Notes: generated by a model from the letters alone, not told the origin. DNA of 64,000 nucleotides from an uncultured bacterium (GCA_963746775.1 CAVVCK010000001.1:211050-275049), one strand, 5' to 3'. Shown: positions 10,742-21,663, numbered from the stretch's first letter. A program made the numbers and translations.

Positions 10742-11820
10742 TTGGTTTGAAAGGTTTTAAGATCAGCGCCTCTTAGGGCTAGACCGATCGCTTCAGTATA
10801 TGTTAATGAGTCTTCATGGTTTAATCCCAAGGGTTTATTTAAATGTATATTAATCCAGGGATTTCCTAATCTTACTTTCTGTTTTGTTTTTAGAGAAAGG
10901 TAGGGAACTATACCAAAGAAAGAAGCTCCCCCGCCACAAATTAAAATCTCAAAATTTATATTTTTATTTTCTATATCTTGATAAAAATAATTTTCAATCT
11001 TCTGTATTTCACTTGCCAAATTATCTAAAACAGAATGAATAGAATCTAATATTTTTCTTTCTTTTTCTGAAATTTGAGGACTACAACAATTAACTTTTAT
11101 TTTTTCTGCCTCTGCCTCTTTAATATTCAAAATATCAGCAATTGTCTTAGTAAATAAATTGCCCGAAACAGTAAAAATACTAGAGCTGAAATATATCCTA
11201 TCATCTATTATAATATCAAAAACAGTCTTAGAAGCGCCAATATCTATAATCAAATATGCTTCTTTTTTATTTTTATCTCTTACTTCAGTGATTAAAGCTC
11301 GACTCTTAGAAGCAGTGCAAGGCTCCAGTACTTGTGTTTTAAGTTTGGCTTTATTGAAAACACTTAAATAGCCATCAATTAAATTTTTTGGAGCTGCTGC
11401 TAATAAAAGTTTTATTTCCCTACCTTCTTTATTTAATATTTGCCAATCTAGATAAGCATCATCAATTGACATAGGAATATGATTTTCTGCTTCCCACTTC
11501 ACTGCTTCTTCTAAATCAGATTTACCCATTTGAGGTACTTTTATAACTCTCACAAATGTTTTATTCTCAGGCAAAGAGCTAACAACATAAGGAGTAGTAA
11601 TTTTTTGCGGTTTGGCAAAACTTATAAGCTCTTGAACTAATAAAGCTACTTCACTTTCTTTTTTAATTTCTCCCTCTACTACTAAACCTTTGGGCAAACG
11701 CAAACGATTATAACCTGCTATTTCATAATTATTTATTTTTTTTCTTAACCAAAAAGCTTTAAGTGAAAAATCACTTATTTCCAAACCAAAAGCCTTTTTG
11801 TTATCTATGAAATCAAACAT
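10738..11820 (-). CDS. pilM: Type IV pilus assembly protein PilM
   Basis: FGLEISDFSLK, WEAENHIP, IIDIGASKT, ICGGGA, AIGLALRG (actin-like fold). Confidence 0.92.
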   Translation of the reverse strand: MFDFIDNKKAFGLEISDFSLKAFWLRKKINNYEIAGYNRLRLPKGLVVEGEIKKESEVALLVQELISFAKPQKITTPYVVSSLPENKTFVRVIKVPQMGKSDLEEAVKWEAENHIPMSIDDAYLDWQILNKEGREIKLLLAAAPKNLIDGYLSVFNKAKLKTQVLEPCTASKSRALITEVRDKNKKEAYLIIDIGASKTVFDIIIDDRIYFSSSIFTVSGNLFTKTIADILNIKEAEAEKIKVNCCSPQISEKERKILDSIHSVLDNLASEIQKIENYFYQDIENKNINFEILICGGGASFFGIVPYLSLKTKQKVRLGNPWINIHLNKPLGLNHEDSLTYTEAIGLALRGADLKTFQTK

Positions 11821-12064
11821 ATTATTTAATTCACCTTATGCAAAATATTAAAGTTTTATTAATTATTTTAAAAAAATAGCAATAAATTAACAGATATACA
11901 ATTGAAATATAATAGAAATAAATAGCGGTGTAATCAAAGCAACTTATTTCAATGTACTTCTATGTATTTCTACCATATTTCAGTTAATAATTTACACATT
12001 ATTGTTTTCCCTAATAAGCTTATTTTTAAAAATATTATTGCATAACATTAGTTAGTTCTTTTTG

Positions 12065-13462
12065 TTATTTTATTTCTCTCCAGGTAATCACCTCATATTC
12101 GCCCACGGTAGGAAATTGTGGAGGAGGGCCATAAGTTAAATAAGGATCATAAGTTGTTTCTGTCTGACTATAACCAGATATTATTGAGCCTCCGGAATCA
12201 ACCCAGCTCCAAGTCCAAATATTATTAGATATTACACTGCCCCAAATTTCTATTCTATCTTTTACGGCATGCTGCTCATATTTACTATCTGTATAATAAT
12301 ACCTAAAGCAATGCCCACCTTGAGCAAGCATAGCCGCATCAATCTCTAATTGTTCAGGGCTATATAAAGGAATTAAAACATCTTTTTGAGCTATTAACCC
12401 TATAGCAGTGCTTCCATCTTTGTCTCTATAAGTAATATTACCATTAATCATTATGTTAGTTTCAACTCCAGAATCACTAAAATCAGCCGAGGCTACAGTT
12501 AATCTTTCATCCGCTTCACCATCCACCCAAACATTATCTTCTACAAAGATAATTCCATTATTTGGTAAATTATATGTTTCTTCGGGACCTTCAGTCTTGA
12601 TATCAATTCCTCTCCATTGCCAGCCATCAGTAAAATCCCAGCCATAAGTCCAATATACATCGGAAACCTTATAAGCTTTAAAAGTATTTGAATTATAATC
12701 AAAGGTGATATGCCAACCATAACCACCCGAATTTCCTAAATAAACTCCATCATCCAAAGCTTCGTCACTTAGACCATCTAGATCGAGAATTATACTATTG
12801 AAATCAACTGTTGTTATTTCATGGGTTGGCGGAAAACGCCATAATTGTTGAATTTCACCATCTCCCCAAACTCCCGGGTGATTCTCATAATTACAACCAT
12901 GCTCTGGACCACATATGTAATTCGATAAAGGAGTATCCACAGTAGAATCAGATTCACCATCAAAACGTACACCACCATTTGAATGCATCTTACCAACTAT
13001 TTCTTCACCTTCACCTACCCAAGCATTACTATTAGTCAAAAATGCATAATCAGACAATGAGGGGATAGCTAATTTTGCCTCTATAATTCGCTCTACTCCA
13101 GGATCAACACCTATTTCCCCTGTTGATTTTATCGTCACTACTGTAGAGCCTAAGGGTGGCTCTGTTACTTCTAAATAAAACTGCCCAACCACATTGCCCG
13201 AAGCATCTTTATAATCATAATACTGATTCCCGCCAGAGTAGTCGTCAGAAGAATGTGCCAATCTCCATTTATAATAATTAATTCCTGCTTCAGCCACTTG
13301 GAAAGCACGCTCTAAATTTTGTTTTTTCAGGGCTGCTTTATGCAATAAAGACATTATTTCAATCAAAGAAATAGCAATCATCATGGATACAACACAAAAA
13401 ACTAAGACAATAACCAAAACATGTCCACTTTCTTTTTTTTTATTATTTTTTATCTTTATCAT
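12065..13462 (-). CDS. PilX-like minor pilin
   Basis: ESG/HVLVIVLVF prepilin site lacking Glu5; AFQVAEAGI; GKMHSNG; C-terminal TWREI. Confidence 0.8.
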   Translation of the reverse strand: MIKIKNNKKKESGHVLVIVLVFCVVSMMIAISLIEIMSLLHKAALKKQNLERAFQVAEAGINYYKWRLAHSSDDYSGGNQYYDYKDASGNVVGQFYLEVTEPPLGSTVVTIKSTGEIGVDPGVERIIEAKLAIPSLSDYAFLTNSNAWVGEGEEIVGKMHSNGGVRFDGESDSTVDTPLSNYICGPEHGCNYENHPGVWGDGEIQQLWRFPPTHEITTVDFNSIILDLDGLSDEALDDGVYLGNSGGYGWHITFDYNSNTFKAYKVSDVYWTYGWDFTDGWQWRGIDIKTEGPEETYNLPNNGIIFVEDNVWVDGEADERLTVASADFSDSGVETNIMINGNITYRDKDGSTAIGLIAQKDVLIPLYSPEQLEIDAAMLAQGGHCFRYYYTDSKYEQHAVKDRIEIWGSVISNNIWTWSWVDSGGSIISGYSQTETTYDPYLTYGPPPQFPTVGEYEVITWREIK

Positions 13463-13513
13463 ACTGATTATTGTTGAAGCACATACAAATATTATATGGA
13501 AATTAAAATTTTT

Positions 13514-14122
13514 TTATAAATTTTCTTTTAAATTTCTTAGTTGAGCTTCAGTACTAACATTAATAGGTTCTGGTAATCTCTGTGTGTCAACATCTATAGT
13601 TAAATTAAGCCTAACTAATTTAATAACACTTTTATTTACTGGAAATGATAACGGATTCCTGGTACCTTCATAGTCCTGATCATAATAGGAAAAGACATTA
13701 TCAGGATTAGTTATATATTGTGCTAAGGTGTTAACTTGTTCTACATCATCATAGTTAGGAGGATCTCCCTGAGGTTCAATTACTCCTCTTTTTAATTCAC
13801 TACCCTCTGTATAATATCTTACTCGCTCAGCATTAATATCTCCATCTATATTAGTGTAAAAAGTTATTGAATTGGCTGTAGCATCAACAATAGGATATGC
13901 ACCTGTATCAGAATACATACTGCTTCTAATTTCACTGGCAGTAATTGATAAAGCTTTTCTAGCACTATTTTGAGCCAAAATATGTTTAACACTTTTATTT
14001 TGTGCTCTTAAGCTCATCCAGGCATAAACAGTAATACTAACTAAAACCATAGAAAAAATACCTAAAACTACCACCATTTCAATTAAAGTTATACCGGCTG
14101 ATTTATTTTTATTTAATACCAT
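13514..14122 (-). CDS. Minor pilin (PilW/GspJ-like)
   Basis: AG/ITLIEMVVV prepilin motif; C-terminal LRN. Confidence 0.85.
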   Translation of the reverse strand: MVLNKNKSAGITLIEMVVVLGIFSMVLVSITVYAWMSLRAQNKSVKHILAQNSARKALSITASEIRSSMYSDTGAYPIVDATANSITFYTNIDGDINAERVRYYTEGSELKRGVIEPQGDPPNYDDVEQVNTLAQYITNPDNVFSYYDQDYEGTRNPLSFPVNKSVIKLVRLNLTIDVDTQRLPEPINVSTEAQLRNLKENL

Positions 14123-14155
14123 TTTGGTATAATTAAATTTTTCCTATTTTTATTA

Positions 14156-15490
14156 TTAATTAGGTTGCACAGCCATTGAGATTTCTCTTGTAGTTTGCCC
14201 AGCAACTTCAATCACATCACCAAAATCAACATAGCCATCTTTCTGAACTTCTAGCGTATAGCTTTCTTGTAACAATGGTGTAAAAAATACTTGTCCAACT
14301 GAATCAGTTGACTGGGTTTCATCATAACTATTGCCAATTATTCTAACACTAGCTTCAGACAAAGGATTATTTTCACTATCTAGGATTATCATTCTTAAAG
14401 TATTGCCGGCATGCTCTGTTAGAGAAATAGTAATATTTTTATTTTCACCAGCTGATAAATTTACCGGATCTGGAGGATCGATTTTAGCAATATCATAATC
14501 TTGATTATCTTCAGTAATAGCATAATTATCCCATTCAACATTATTAATAGTAAGCTGACCTGAACCATTAGTAGTAATATTTTCAAACTTATTTCTAATT
14601 ACCGGCTGATTTTCTCCATCAAATCCTAATCTTCTCTTTCCAGTTAAATTTAGTTGGATATCACCAATAGGTGCCGGCACTTCATTGTTATCTTGCGTTA
14701 AAATGTTAATGGTACTCACTAAATCAATTACAAAACTAATCTCTGTTATACCTCCATCATAAACTGATTGGTGAGGTAAATCAGGATCAGGCAAATCATT
14801 ATTAATTGCTGAAGTATAATCAGAAGTAAAGCCCGCTTTAGAAACATTAATAGCATAATCAGGATTAATATCCGGTGTAACTGAATAGAACATTCTCTTT
14901 CCTTCAACATTAGTAGTACCTGAAAAATTTATACCTAAATTACTATTACTTACATCTATGTTGGCATTAGAAACAGGCTCATTGCTTTTATTAAAAACTT
15001 CAATGGATAAAACACCGCCTGGCTGTTCCGCCTCTTCTACTCCCCTAGGAGAAATATCAGTATAGAGCTCTACTGGGTTACCGCTCTCATATTTATCCCA
15101 AGTTACTTCTACTTTTACCTTTTTATAATCAGAACCTAGCGTATCAATCGGTACTAAACTATCATAGGGATCATCATAATAATTTACTTCTGTTTTAATG
15201 GTATAATTAATATTATCAATCTCCTTAACCTGCTCGCTGGGAATATCTCCCTGTGGCCAACCATTGGTTGTAGCTATATCACTGTAGGGAAGATTGTGAA
15301 TCATCTCTAGCTGTTGATTAGCTAAACCTACGGCTGTTGTTCTAGCTTCGCTGATAGCAGAATTTTTAAATACTACCCTAAAAATAGCAAAAATTGCTGT
15401 AAAAAAAATACCCATAATTGCAAGAGCAACTAGTGTTTCAACTAAAGTAAATCCCTGCTTTCTTTTTGTGTTTTTTTTATTTAATAACAT
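14156..15490 (-). CDS. Large minor pilin (PilV-like) with carboxypeptidase-regulatory-like beta-sandwich repeats
   Basis: QG/FTLVETLVA prepilin motif; PVSNANI..TNVEG..VSKAGF and PLSEASV..TDSVG..VQKDGY repeats. Confidence 0.85.
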   Translation of the reverse strand: MLLNKKNTKRKQGFTLVETLVALAIMGIFFTAIFAIFRVVFKNSAISEARTTAVGLANQQLEMIHNLPYSDIATTNGWPQGDIPSEQVKEIDNINYTIKTEVNYYDDPYDSLVPIDTLGSDYKKVKVEVTWDKYESGNPVELYTDISPRGVEEAEQPGGVLSIEVFNKSNEPVSNANIDVSNSNLGINFSGTTNVEGKRMFYSVTPDINPDYAINVSKAGFTSDYTSAINNDLPDPDLPHQSVYDGGITEISFVIDLVSTINILTQDNNEVPAPIGDIQLNLTGKRRLGFDGENQPVIRNKFENITTNGSGQLTINNVEWDNYAITEDNQDYDIAKIDPPDPVNLSAGENKNITISLTEHAGNTLRMIILDSENNPLSEASVRIIGNSYDETQSTDSVGQVFFTPLLQESYTLEVQKDGYVDFGDVIEVAGQTTREISMAVQPN

Positions 15491-15510
15491 GCACTTACTT
15501 TTATGCTTTT

Positions 15511-15614
15511 ACCACGTACGAATTTCCGAATAAATAAATATTGTTTTTTTTCTTTTTAAGTAGTTTTATTAATCAGAAAAATATAATTTTAAACATTAGA
15601 AATTTGTACGTGGT
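15511..15614. repeat. ACCACGTACG terminal-inverted-repeat element, copy 2
   Basis: ACCACGTACGAATTTC ... GAAATTTGTACGTGGT, 15/16 complementary. Confidence 0.8.
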
Positions 15615-15620
15615 TCATAT

Positions 15621-16823
15621 TTAAAAATTTTCCATAAGTGAATATATAGGTGAGATCACCGAAACTGCCACCACACCTACTACTAACCCTAATATTACCA
15701 TAAGTACAGGCTCTAGAATAGAGGAAAGATTGTTCATAGTTTCTGTTACTTCTTTTTCATAAAAATCTGCAATTTCATTTAATATTTCATCTAAGGATCC
15801 TGTCTCTTCACCTACCATGATCATTTGTGTTACCAGCGGAGGAAATAAATTTTTTTCTTTCTCTAATATATCTACAATTTTTATGCCCTTTTTAACTTTA
15901 TCAATTGCCTCTTTCATTACTTTTTTATAATAAATATTTCCTAAAACATCACGGGTAATCTGAAAGGCTTTAGTTATAGGAATACCACTACGTAATAGCG
16001 TACTCATGTTTCGGGCAAATCTAGCTATATTGATCTTTCTAATAATAGGACCTAAAATAAACATTTTAACATTAAAAGCATGCGTTATTTTCTTACCACC
16101 ACTGGTTCTTGATAAGAAAAATATTCCCATAATTAGTGCACCTGCCCCTATACCAGCAAAAATACCATATACCTGAATGAAATGAGAAAGACCAATTAAC
16201 ATTCTCGTAGTTAGGGGGAGTTCTACGTCAAAATCTGTAAATATTGCCGTTAACTGCGGCAAAACAAAAATCACCATTAATACACCTACTCCTACCATAG
16301 TTAGTAAAACTACAATAGGATACATTAAGGCTCCCCTTACTTTTACTATTAATTCTCTATCTTTTTTCATTTGAGTAGCCAATTCATTTAACACTTTTTC
16401 TAATTGGCCACTCATTTCTCCCATCCTGATCATACTGATATAAAAAGGAGAAAATATTTTTGGATAAGCTCCCAAGCTATCTGCAAACATAGAGCCCTTT
16501 TCTATCTTTTTCTTTATATCTGTAATTATTCTTCTAAATCCATTTTTATTTGTTTGTTTTGCTAAAATATCCAAAGCACGCACAATAGATAGTCCAGCTT
16601 TTATCATTAAAAATAAATTTCTAGTTAGCATTATTTTTTCAACAGTAGAAATTTTTTCAGAAAATATTTTAAATTTACTTTTTTTCTCCTCAGCTTCGGC
16701 GAATGTTAAAAGCAGCCCCTGCTCACGTAAAATATGTGCTAATTCTTTTTTTGAGCTCACTAAAATTTCGCCTTTTTTTTCAAGACCTTCTTCATTGCGC
16801 GCTGTATAAGAATATTTTGGCAT
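15621..16823 (-). CDS. pilC: Type IV pilus platform protein PilC (GspF family)
   Basis: GEMSGQLE, ALMYP, GEETGSLD, LEP, PIY motifs. Confidence 0.95.
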   Translation of the reverse strand: MPKYSYTARNEEGLEKKGEILVSSKKELAHILREQGLLLTFAEAEEKKSKFKIFSEKISTVEKIMLTRNLFLMIKAGLSIVRALDILAKQTNKNGFRRIITDIKKKIEKGSMFADSLGAYPKIFSPFYISMIRMGEMSGQLEKVLNELATQMKKDRELIVKVRGALMYPIVVLLTMVGVGVLMVIFVLPQLTAIFTDFDVELPLTTRMLIGLSHFIQVYGIFAGIGAGALIMGIFFLSRTSGGKKITHAFNVKMFILGPIIRKINIARFARNMSTLLRSGIPITKAFQITRDVLGNIYYKKVMKEAIDKVKKGIKIVDILEKEKNLFPPLVTQMIMVGEETGSLDEILNEIADFYEKEVTETMNNLSSILEPVLMVILGLVVGVVAVSVISPIYSLMENF

Positions 16824-16866
16824 AAATTTATTAAATTCTAAATCCTAATATAGAGATATTAAAATA

Positions 16867-18597
16867 TTATTCTTTAGTTATTCTCAAAATCTCCTCTATA
16901 GAAGTAATTTTAGTTATAGCCTTAGCAAATCCATCTTGGATCATAGTAAGCATACCATCTTTAACTGCCTGAGCCTGAATTTTTTCTGAAGAAGATGATG
17001 CTACCACCAAATCCTTAATAGCTTCATTTACATCCAAAACCTCAAAAATACCAACTCGTCCCTTGTAACCTTGCATATCGCAATGATCACAACCCTTCCC
17101 TTTATAAAAACTTATTTCCGCTAAAGATTTTTCTTTTTCTATAACTTTTTCCCTAACTAAAACCTTAATTATCTCTGCCATATCATATTGGCTTTCTAAC
17201 ATACCAATAGCAACTTTATCCAGCTTATATTCTTCTATACAATTAGTACATATTTTACGTGCTAATCTCTGAGCAACTACCACATTAACTGTTGAAGAAA
17301 TCAAAAATGGCTTAACCTGCATATCTGATAAACGAGCAAATGCTCCAGCAGAATTCATGGTATGCAAGGTAGATAATACCAAATGACCAGTTAGCGCTGA
17401 ATGTATAGCCATTTCAGCTGTTTCTTCATCACGTATTTCCCCAACCATAATTATGTCTGGATCTTGACGAACGAGAGACCTTAATCCATTAGCAAAAGTA
17501 AAGCCAATTTTAGCTTTCACCTGGCTCTGATTTATACGGGGCATTCTATACTCTATAGGATCTTCTATGGTTGCAATATTTACCTTAGTAGTATTTAAAA
17601 TATTTAAAACTGAGTACAAGGTGGAGGTTTTACCAGAACCAGTAGGACCTGTTACCAAAATCATTCCGTTAGGTTTTTGGACATTTTCCATAATTGTTTT
17701 CAACCCTCCTCCTCTTAAACCTAACTCTTCTAAAGATAATATTCTGCCTGACTCTATCAAAAGACGCATTACTATTTTTTCACCATCAAAAACTGGTAAA
17801 ATGGAAACACGAAAGGATATTTTCTGATCATCTTTTTCTATTTTAAACCTGCCATCCTGAGGCAACCGATGCTCATCTATTTTTAAGTTGGATAAAACTT
17901 TGATACGAGCCACAATACCAGCCATAATTTCCTTCGGCAAAACAATTACATCACGCAAGATGCCATCAATTCTATATCTCACCACAATATTTTTTTCTAA
18001 AGGTTCAATATGAATGTCAGAAGCTCCCTGTAAAACTGCATGTTCAACTAAAGTACTCACGATTCTCACAATAGGCATATTTTCAGCTAGTTTTTTTAGA
18101 TCTTTTTCTGGATTTCTGGAAACAACTAAACTTTGATCAATGATGTTTTTAAATTCTTGGCGTAAACCACGCTTGTACTGTTTCAAGACAGATCTAATAC
18201 CTGACTTAGTGGCTACATAAACTTTAACATTTCTGCCTATTTTCTTTTTAATAAATTCCAGAGTTTGCAGATCTCCTGGATTAGACATAGCTATTTCCAA
18301 AGTACCTTTTACCTCACCAAAAATTACAATTTCATTTTTTTGAGCTATTTGTTCTGGAATTTGAAAAAGTAAATCTTTTCTGATAACTTGCTTAGTTAAA
18401 TCTATAAAAGGAATTTTAATTTGTCTGGACAGTTCCTTAGATAAATACTCTTCATTAACTATATTTTTTTTTAAGAGTAAACTCTCCATATCTACTTTCT
18501 TCTTTTGCGCTTCTTTCTCAAACTTTTCAAAATCTTTCACATTCAAAATAGCATCCTCGGACAATTTATTTTTTAATTCTTTTGGATCCAAAGGCAT
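16867..18597 (-). CDS. pilB: Type IV pilus assembly ATPase PilB (GspE family)
   Basis: ASDIHIEP, RLPQDGR, GPTGSGKT, RQDPDIIMVGEIRD, tetra-Cys motif. Confidence 0.95.
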   Translation of the reverse strand: MPLDPKELKNKLSEDAILNVKDFEKFEKEAQKKKVDMESLLLKKNIVNEEYLSKELSRQIKIPFIDLTKQVIRKDLLFQIPEQIAQKNEIVIFGEVKGTLEIAMSNPGDLQTLEFIKKKIGRNVKVYVATKSGIRSVLKQYKRGLRQEFKNIIDQSLVVSRNPEKDLKKLAENMPIVRIVSTLVEHAVLQGASDIHIEPLEKNIVVRYRIDGILRDVIVLPKEIMAGIVARIKVLSNLKIDEHRLPQDGRFKIEKDDQKISFRVSILPVFDGEKIVMRLLIESGRILSLEELGLRGGGLKTIMENVQKPNGMILVTGPTGSGKTSTLYSVLNILNTTKVNIATIEDPIEYRMPRINQSQVKAKIGFTFANGLRSLVRQDPDIIMVGEIRDEETAEMAIHSALTGHLVLSTLHTMNSAGAFARLSDMQVKPFLISSTVNVVVAQRLARKICTNCIEEYKLDKVAIGMLESQYDMAEIIKVLVREKVIEKEKSLAEISFYKGKGCDHCDMQGYKGRVGIFEVLDVNEAIKDLVVASSSSEKIQAQAVKDGMLTMIQDGFAKAITKITSIEEILRITKE

Positions 18598-18748
18598 TAT
18601 CTTTTAAATTATTTTTTGTAGTTACCCCTTGTATATTCTAGTTTCTTTTAAAATTTAATCATATTATACCAAATTTTTATAAAAATACTATATTTAACAA
18701 TTGATATTTTAAATATAATTTAATACTATTTAGGTATAATTACATCTT

Positions 18749-20563
18749 ATGAATAATTCAAAAATTAAAAACAGACTGTCACAACTTCCTCAGAAACCAG
18801 GTATTTACATCTTCCAGAACAAAAAGGGCATTATTTTATATGTTGGCAAAGCTAAGAATCTAAAAAAAAGAGTAAGCTCGTATTTTATAAAAAATAAAGA
18901 ATTAGCTCCTGACAAAGAGCTAATGCTACCCAAAATATCTAAAATAGACTACATAGTAGCCGATTCCGAATCAGAAGCACTACTACTAGAATCAAATTTA
19001 ATAAAGAAAGAAAGACCAAAATATAATGTAGTTCTAAAGGATGATAAGCAATATCAATATATAAAGATAGACTATAGCGATGATTTTCCAAGGATTTATA
19101 CAACTAGGGAAATAAAGAGGGATAAATCCTCACACTATGGACCTTTTACTGATGGCTTTGCTGTCAAAAATACACTTAATCTATTAAATAAACTCTTCCC
19201 CTACAGAGAATGTAGCCTAGAGATTTATGAAAATTCCAAGAAAAGAAGAGTATGCCTCAAATATCATATCAAAAGATGTTTAGGTCCTTGTGCCGGTTAC
19301 ATATCTAGGAATGATTATAATAAATTAATTAAACAGTGCGAACTTTTTCTACAAGGGAGACAAGACAAAATATTATTAGAAATGAAAAAGGAAATGAGAA
19401 ATGAAGCTAGTAATAGAAATTTTGAAAAAGCAGCCATCCTCCGCGATCAAATTCTTAACTTAGAAAAAATAATTGAAAAACAAAAAATTATTTCGACGAC
19501 GAAAATTGATCAAGACATAATTTCATATTTTCAAGGCGAAGACGTAACTATAATTAATCTCTTCATAATCAGAGAAGGTAAATTAATTGGTAAAGAAAAT
19601 TTTTATTTAAACACAAAAGGCAAAGACATCAAAGAAATACTGTCCACCTTCGTAAAGCTGCATTACCTAAATCAAAATATGATTCCCCGAGAAATAATAA
19701 TACAAAAAGATATAGAAGATAAACACTTGATAGCAGCAAGTCTATCTAAAAAAACGAATAGAAAAATTAATATTATAATCCCTGCCAGAGGTAAAAATTT
19801 AAAATTAATTCAGTTAGGTGAGAAAAATGCTAAGCTTTACTATCATAATGTATTAGCAAAAGAAAAGCCTAAGCAAACAGATAGCAGACAAATAAAGGTA
19901 TTAGAAAATATTAAAAAATTATTTAAGCTCGCAGATATCCCTCATCGAATTGAATGTTATGATATTTCTAATATTCAAGGAACTTCAGCCACTGGCTCTA
20001 TGGTAGTTTTTCAAAATGGCAAACCTGCTAAATCAGAATACCGCCGCTTTAGGATAAAATTCGGCTCAATTAGTGATACCGATATGATGAAAGAAATGTT
20101 AGCAAGAAGATTCAAACACAAAGATACTTCTCAGAAAAAATGGCCTCTGCCTAATTTAGTAATTATTGATGGGGGACAAGGACAGCTAAATGCTACAGTA
20201 AAAATTATAAAAGAACAAAAGTTAGACATACCAATAATCTCCATTGCCAAAAGATTAGAAGAACTCTACTCACCCAATTCAGATAGGCCTATTAGGTTAT
20301 CTAAAGATTCAAAGGAATTACAGTTAATTCAAAATATTAGAGATGAAGCTCATAGATTCGCTATTACCTATCATAAGAAAATACGAGAAAAGAAATTATC
20401 TGCTTCGGAATTAGATAGTATTAAGGGTATAGGTGATAAAAGACGTAAAGAGTTGTTAAATAAATTTAAGACTGTGAATAATATTAAGAAGGCTGAATTT
20501 AAAGAACTAAAAAAAATACTTGGAGAAAAAACAGCTCAAAAAATAATTATTAAATTAAAATAG
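18749..20563 (+). CDS. uvrC: Excinuclease ABC subunit C
   Basis: GIY-YIG (PGIY..YVGKAKNL), Cys-rich region, ECYDISN, IIDGGQGQL, RDEAHRFA, HhH. Confidence 0.98.
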   Translation: MNNSKIKNRLSQLPQKPGIYIFQNKKGIILYVGKAKNLKKRVSSYFIKNKELAPDKELMLPKISKIDYIVADSESEALLLESNLIKKERPKYNVVLKDDKQYQYIKIDYSDDFPRIYTTREIKRDKSSHYGPFTDGFAVKNTLNLLNKLFPYRECSLEIYENSKKRRVCLKYHIKRCLGPCAGYISRNDYNKLIKQCELFLQGRQDKILLEMKKEMRNEASNRNFEKAAILRDQILNLEKIIEKQKIISTTKIDQDIISYFQGEDVTIINLFIIREGKLIGKENFYLNTKGKDIKEILSTFVKLHYLNQNMIPREIIIQKDIEDKHLIAASLSKKTNRKINIIIPARGKNLKLIQLGEKNAKLYYHNVLAKEKPKQTDSRQIKVLENIKKLFKLADIPHRIECYDISNIQGTSATGSMVVFQNGKPAKSEYRRFRIKFGSISDTDMMKEMLARRFKHKDTSQKKWPLPNLVIIDGGQGQLNATVKIIKEQKLDIPIISIAKRLEELYSPNSDRPIRLSKDSKELQLIQNIRDEAHRFAITYHKKIREKKLSASELDSIKGIGDKRRKELLNKFKTVNNIKKAEFKELKKILGEKTAQKIIIKLK

Positions 20564-20588
20564 AGGCACACAGAACGCATGCCTCCAG
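20561..20588 (+). repeat. Degenerate GTAG-type REP-like palindrome overlapping the uvrC stop codon
   Basis: TAGAGGCAC-ACAGAACGC-ATGCCTCCA. Confidence 0.45.
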
Positions 20589-20605
20589 ACTAAAAGAACC
20601 CCCTC

Positions 20606-21589
20606 CTATTTGCTTCCTTTAAAAAACTTTTTCCCAGCTCTTTTGTAAAATTTTCTATTGAGCCTAGGAAAATCCTCTGTGCCGCTTATTTCCTGTTGAT
20701 TAGAGATAATAAAAGAATTAGGGCACATATTCACACACATCTGGCAGGCAACACAGCGTCCCTTATCAAACACTAGTTTACCGTCACCTGCCTCTACCCA
20801 TGCGTTTTGCGTACATTTTAATGCTACGCATTTTTTGCCACACTTATTGCATGGTTCTCTAAATTTTATTTTGTGCATTTCTTCTTCGGTCTTATCCAGA
20901 AAATTAATCTGGAGCCACCACCAAAAGATCATTAATAATTTTTTAGGCTTGGGTTTCTTGATCTTGATTCCATCCGAAACAATAATTCTGCAAATATCTT
21001 TAGCCATTCCTTTGACTAATTCCAGGGCACCCCTGCCTCCGCACAATGTACCACCAATAGAATTAGCAAAATTTCGAAATACTCCAAAGTCATCACCCTC
21101 TCTTTTTCTTTTCTTTATTACTACATTCAAATCTGTCCCCGGAGCAATTAACTCCACGAACCCTCCCACGAGGATGTTTTTTTCTTCCAGCAATTTAATC
21201 AGTTCCAGAGTGGCATCACCAGAAACACCACTCTTGGTCATGAAGGTGTACGCCCTCATTGGTGCATCAAATCTAGCCAGCCTAGACACGAATTCAGCCA
21301 TAGGCTTCGGTGGCATCATCCTATAAACGGGACAGCCGAATATTAGCATATTGAATTTCAATATATATTCTTGTAAATCAGAATCCGACATGTCTACAAT
21401 CAAGTTAGAATCAACCCCCACGATTTCCACCTCGAAATAGAGTCTTAGCATTCTAGCTAAGACCTCAGCTACCAGGCGAGTCCCCCCAACTCCACTGTAA
21501 TAAAAAACCACTACACTTTTTTGTTTTTCAATGTGCATGTTATCTCTTTCCTCCGGAAAATTTATTTCCGAAAATTTATTTTCAACCAT
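20606..21589 (-). CDS. Flavodoxin plus 4Fe-4S ferredoxin fusion (EFR1-like); start may be ATG at 21538
   Basis: YYSGVGGT flavodoxin loop, FGCPVY, CNKCGKKC...C and CVACQMCVNMCP; GGAGG upstream of the 21538 ATG. Confidence 0.75.
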   Translation of the reverse strand: MVENKFSEINFPEERDNMHIEKQKSVVVFYYSGVGGTRLVAEVLARMLRLYFEVEIVGVDSNLIVDMSDSDLQEYILKFNMLIFGCPVYRMMPPKPMAEFVSRLARFDAPMRAYTFMTKSGVSGDATLELIKLLEEKNILVGGFVELIAPGTDLNVVIKKRKREGDDFGVFRNFANSIGGTLCGGRGALELVKGMAKDICRIIVSDGIKIKKPKPKKLLMIFWWWLQINFLDKTEEEMHKIKFREPCNKCGKKCVALKCTQNAWVEAGDGKLVFDKGRCVACQMCVNMCPNSFIISNQQEISGTEDFPRLNRKFYKRAGKKFFKGSK

Positions 21590-21663
21590 ATTTAGCTATT
21601 TGTCAACCCAAAAGCAGATATTTACTCAAATGTTAATATAGATACTTACTAAAAAAACAAATA

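Noticed and set aside
9542-11820. Alternative genetic code (UGA = Gly, as in Gracilibacteria/Absconditabacteria)
   Set aside because: Long conserved genes are intact under code 11, and TGA ends pilO, pilM and carS at expected lengths.
11830-12060. Small gene or pseudogene between the pilX-like gene and pilM
   Set aside because: Only a 10-codon ORF and AT-rich sequence are present, with no recognisable homology.
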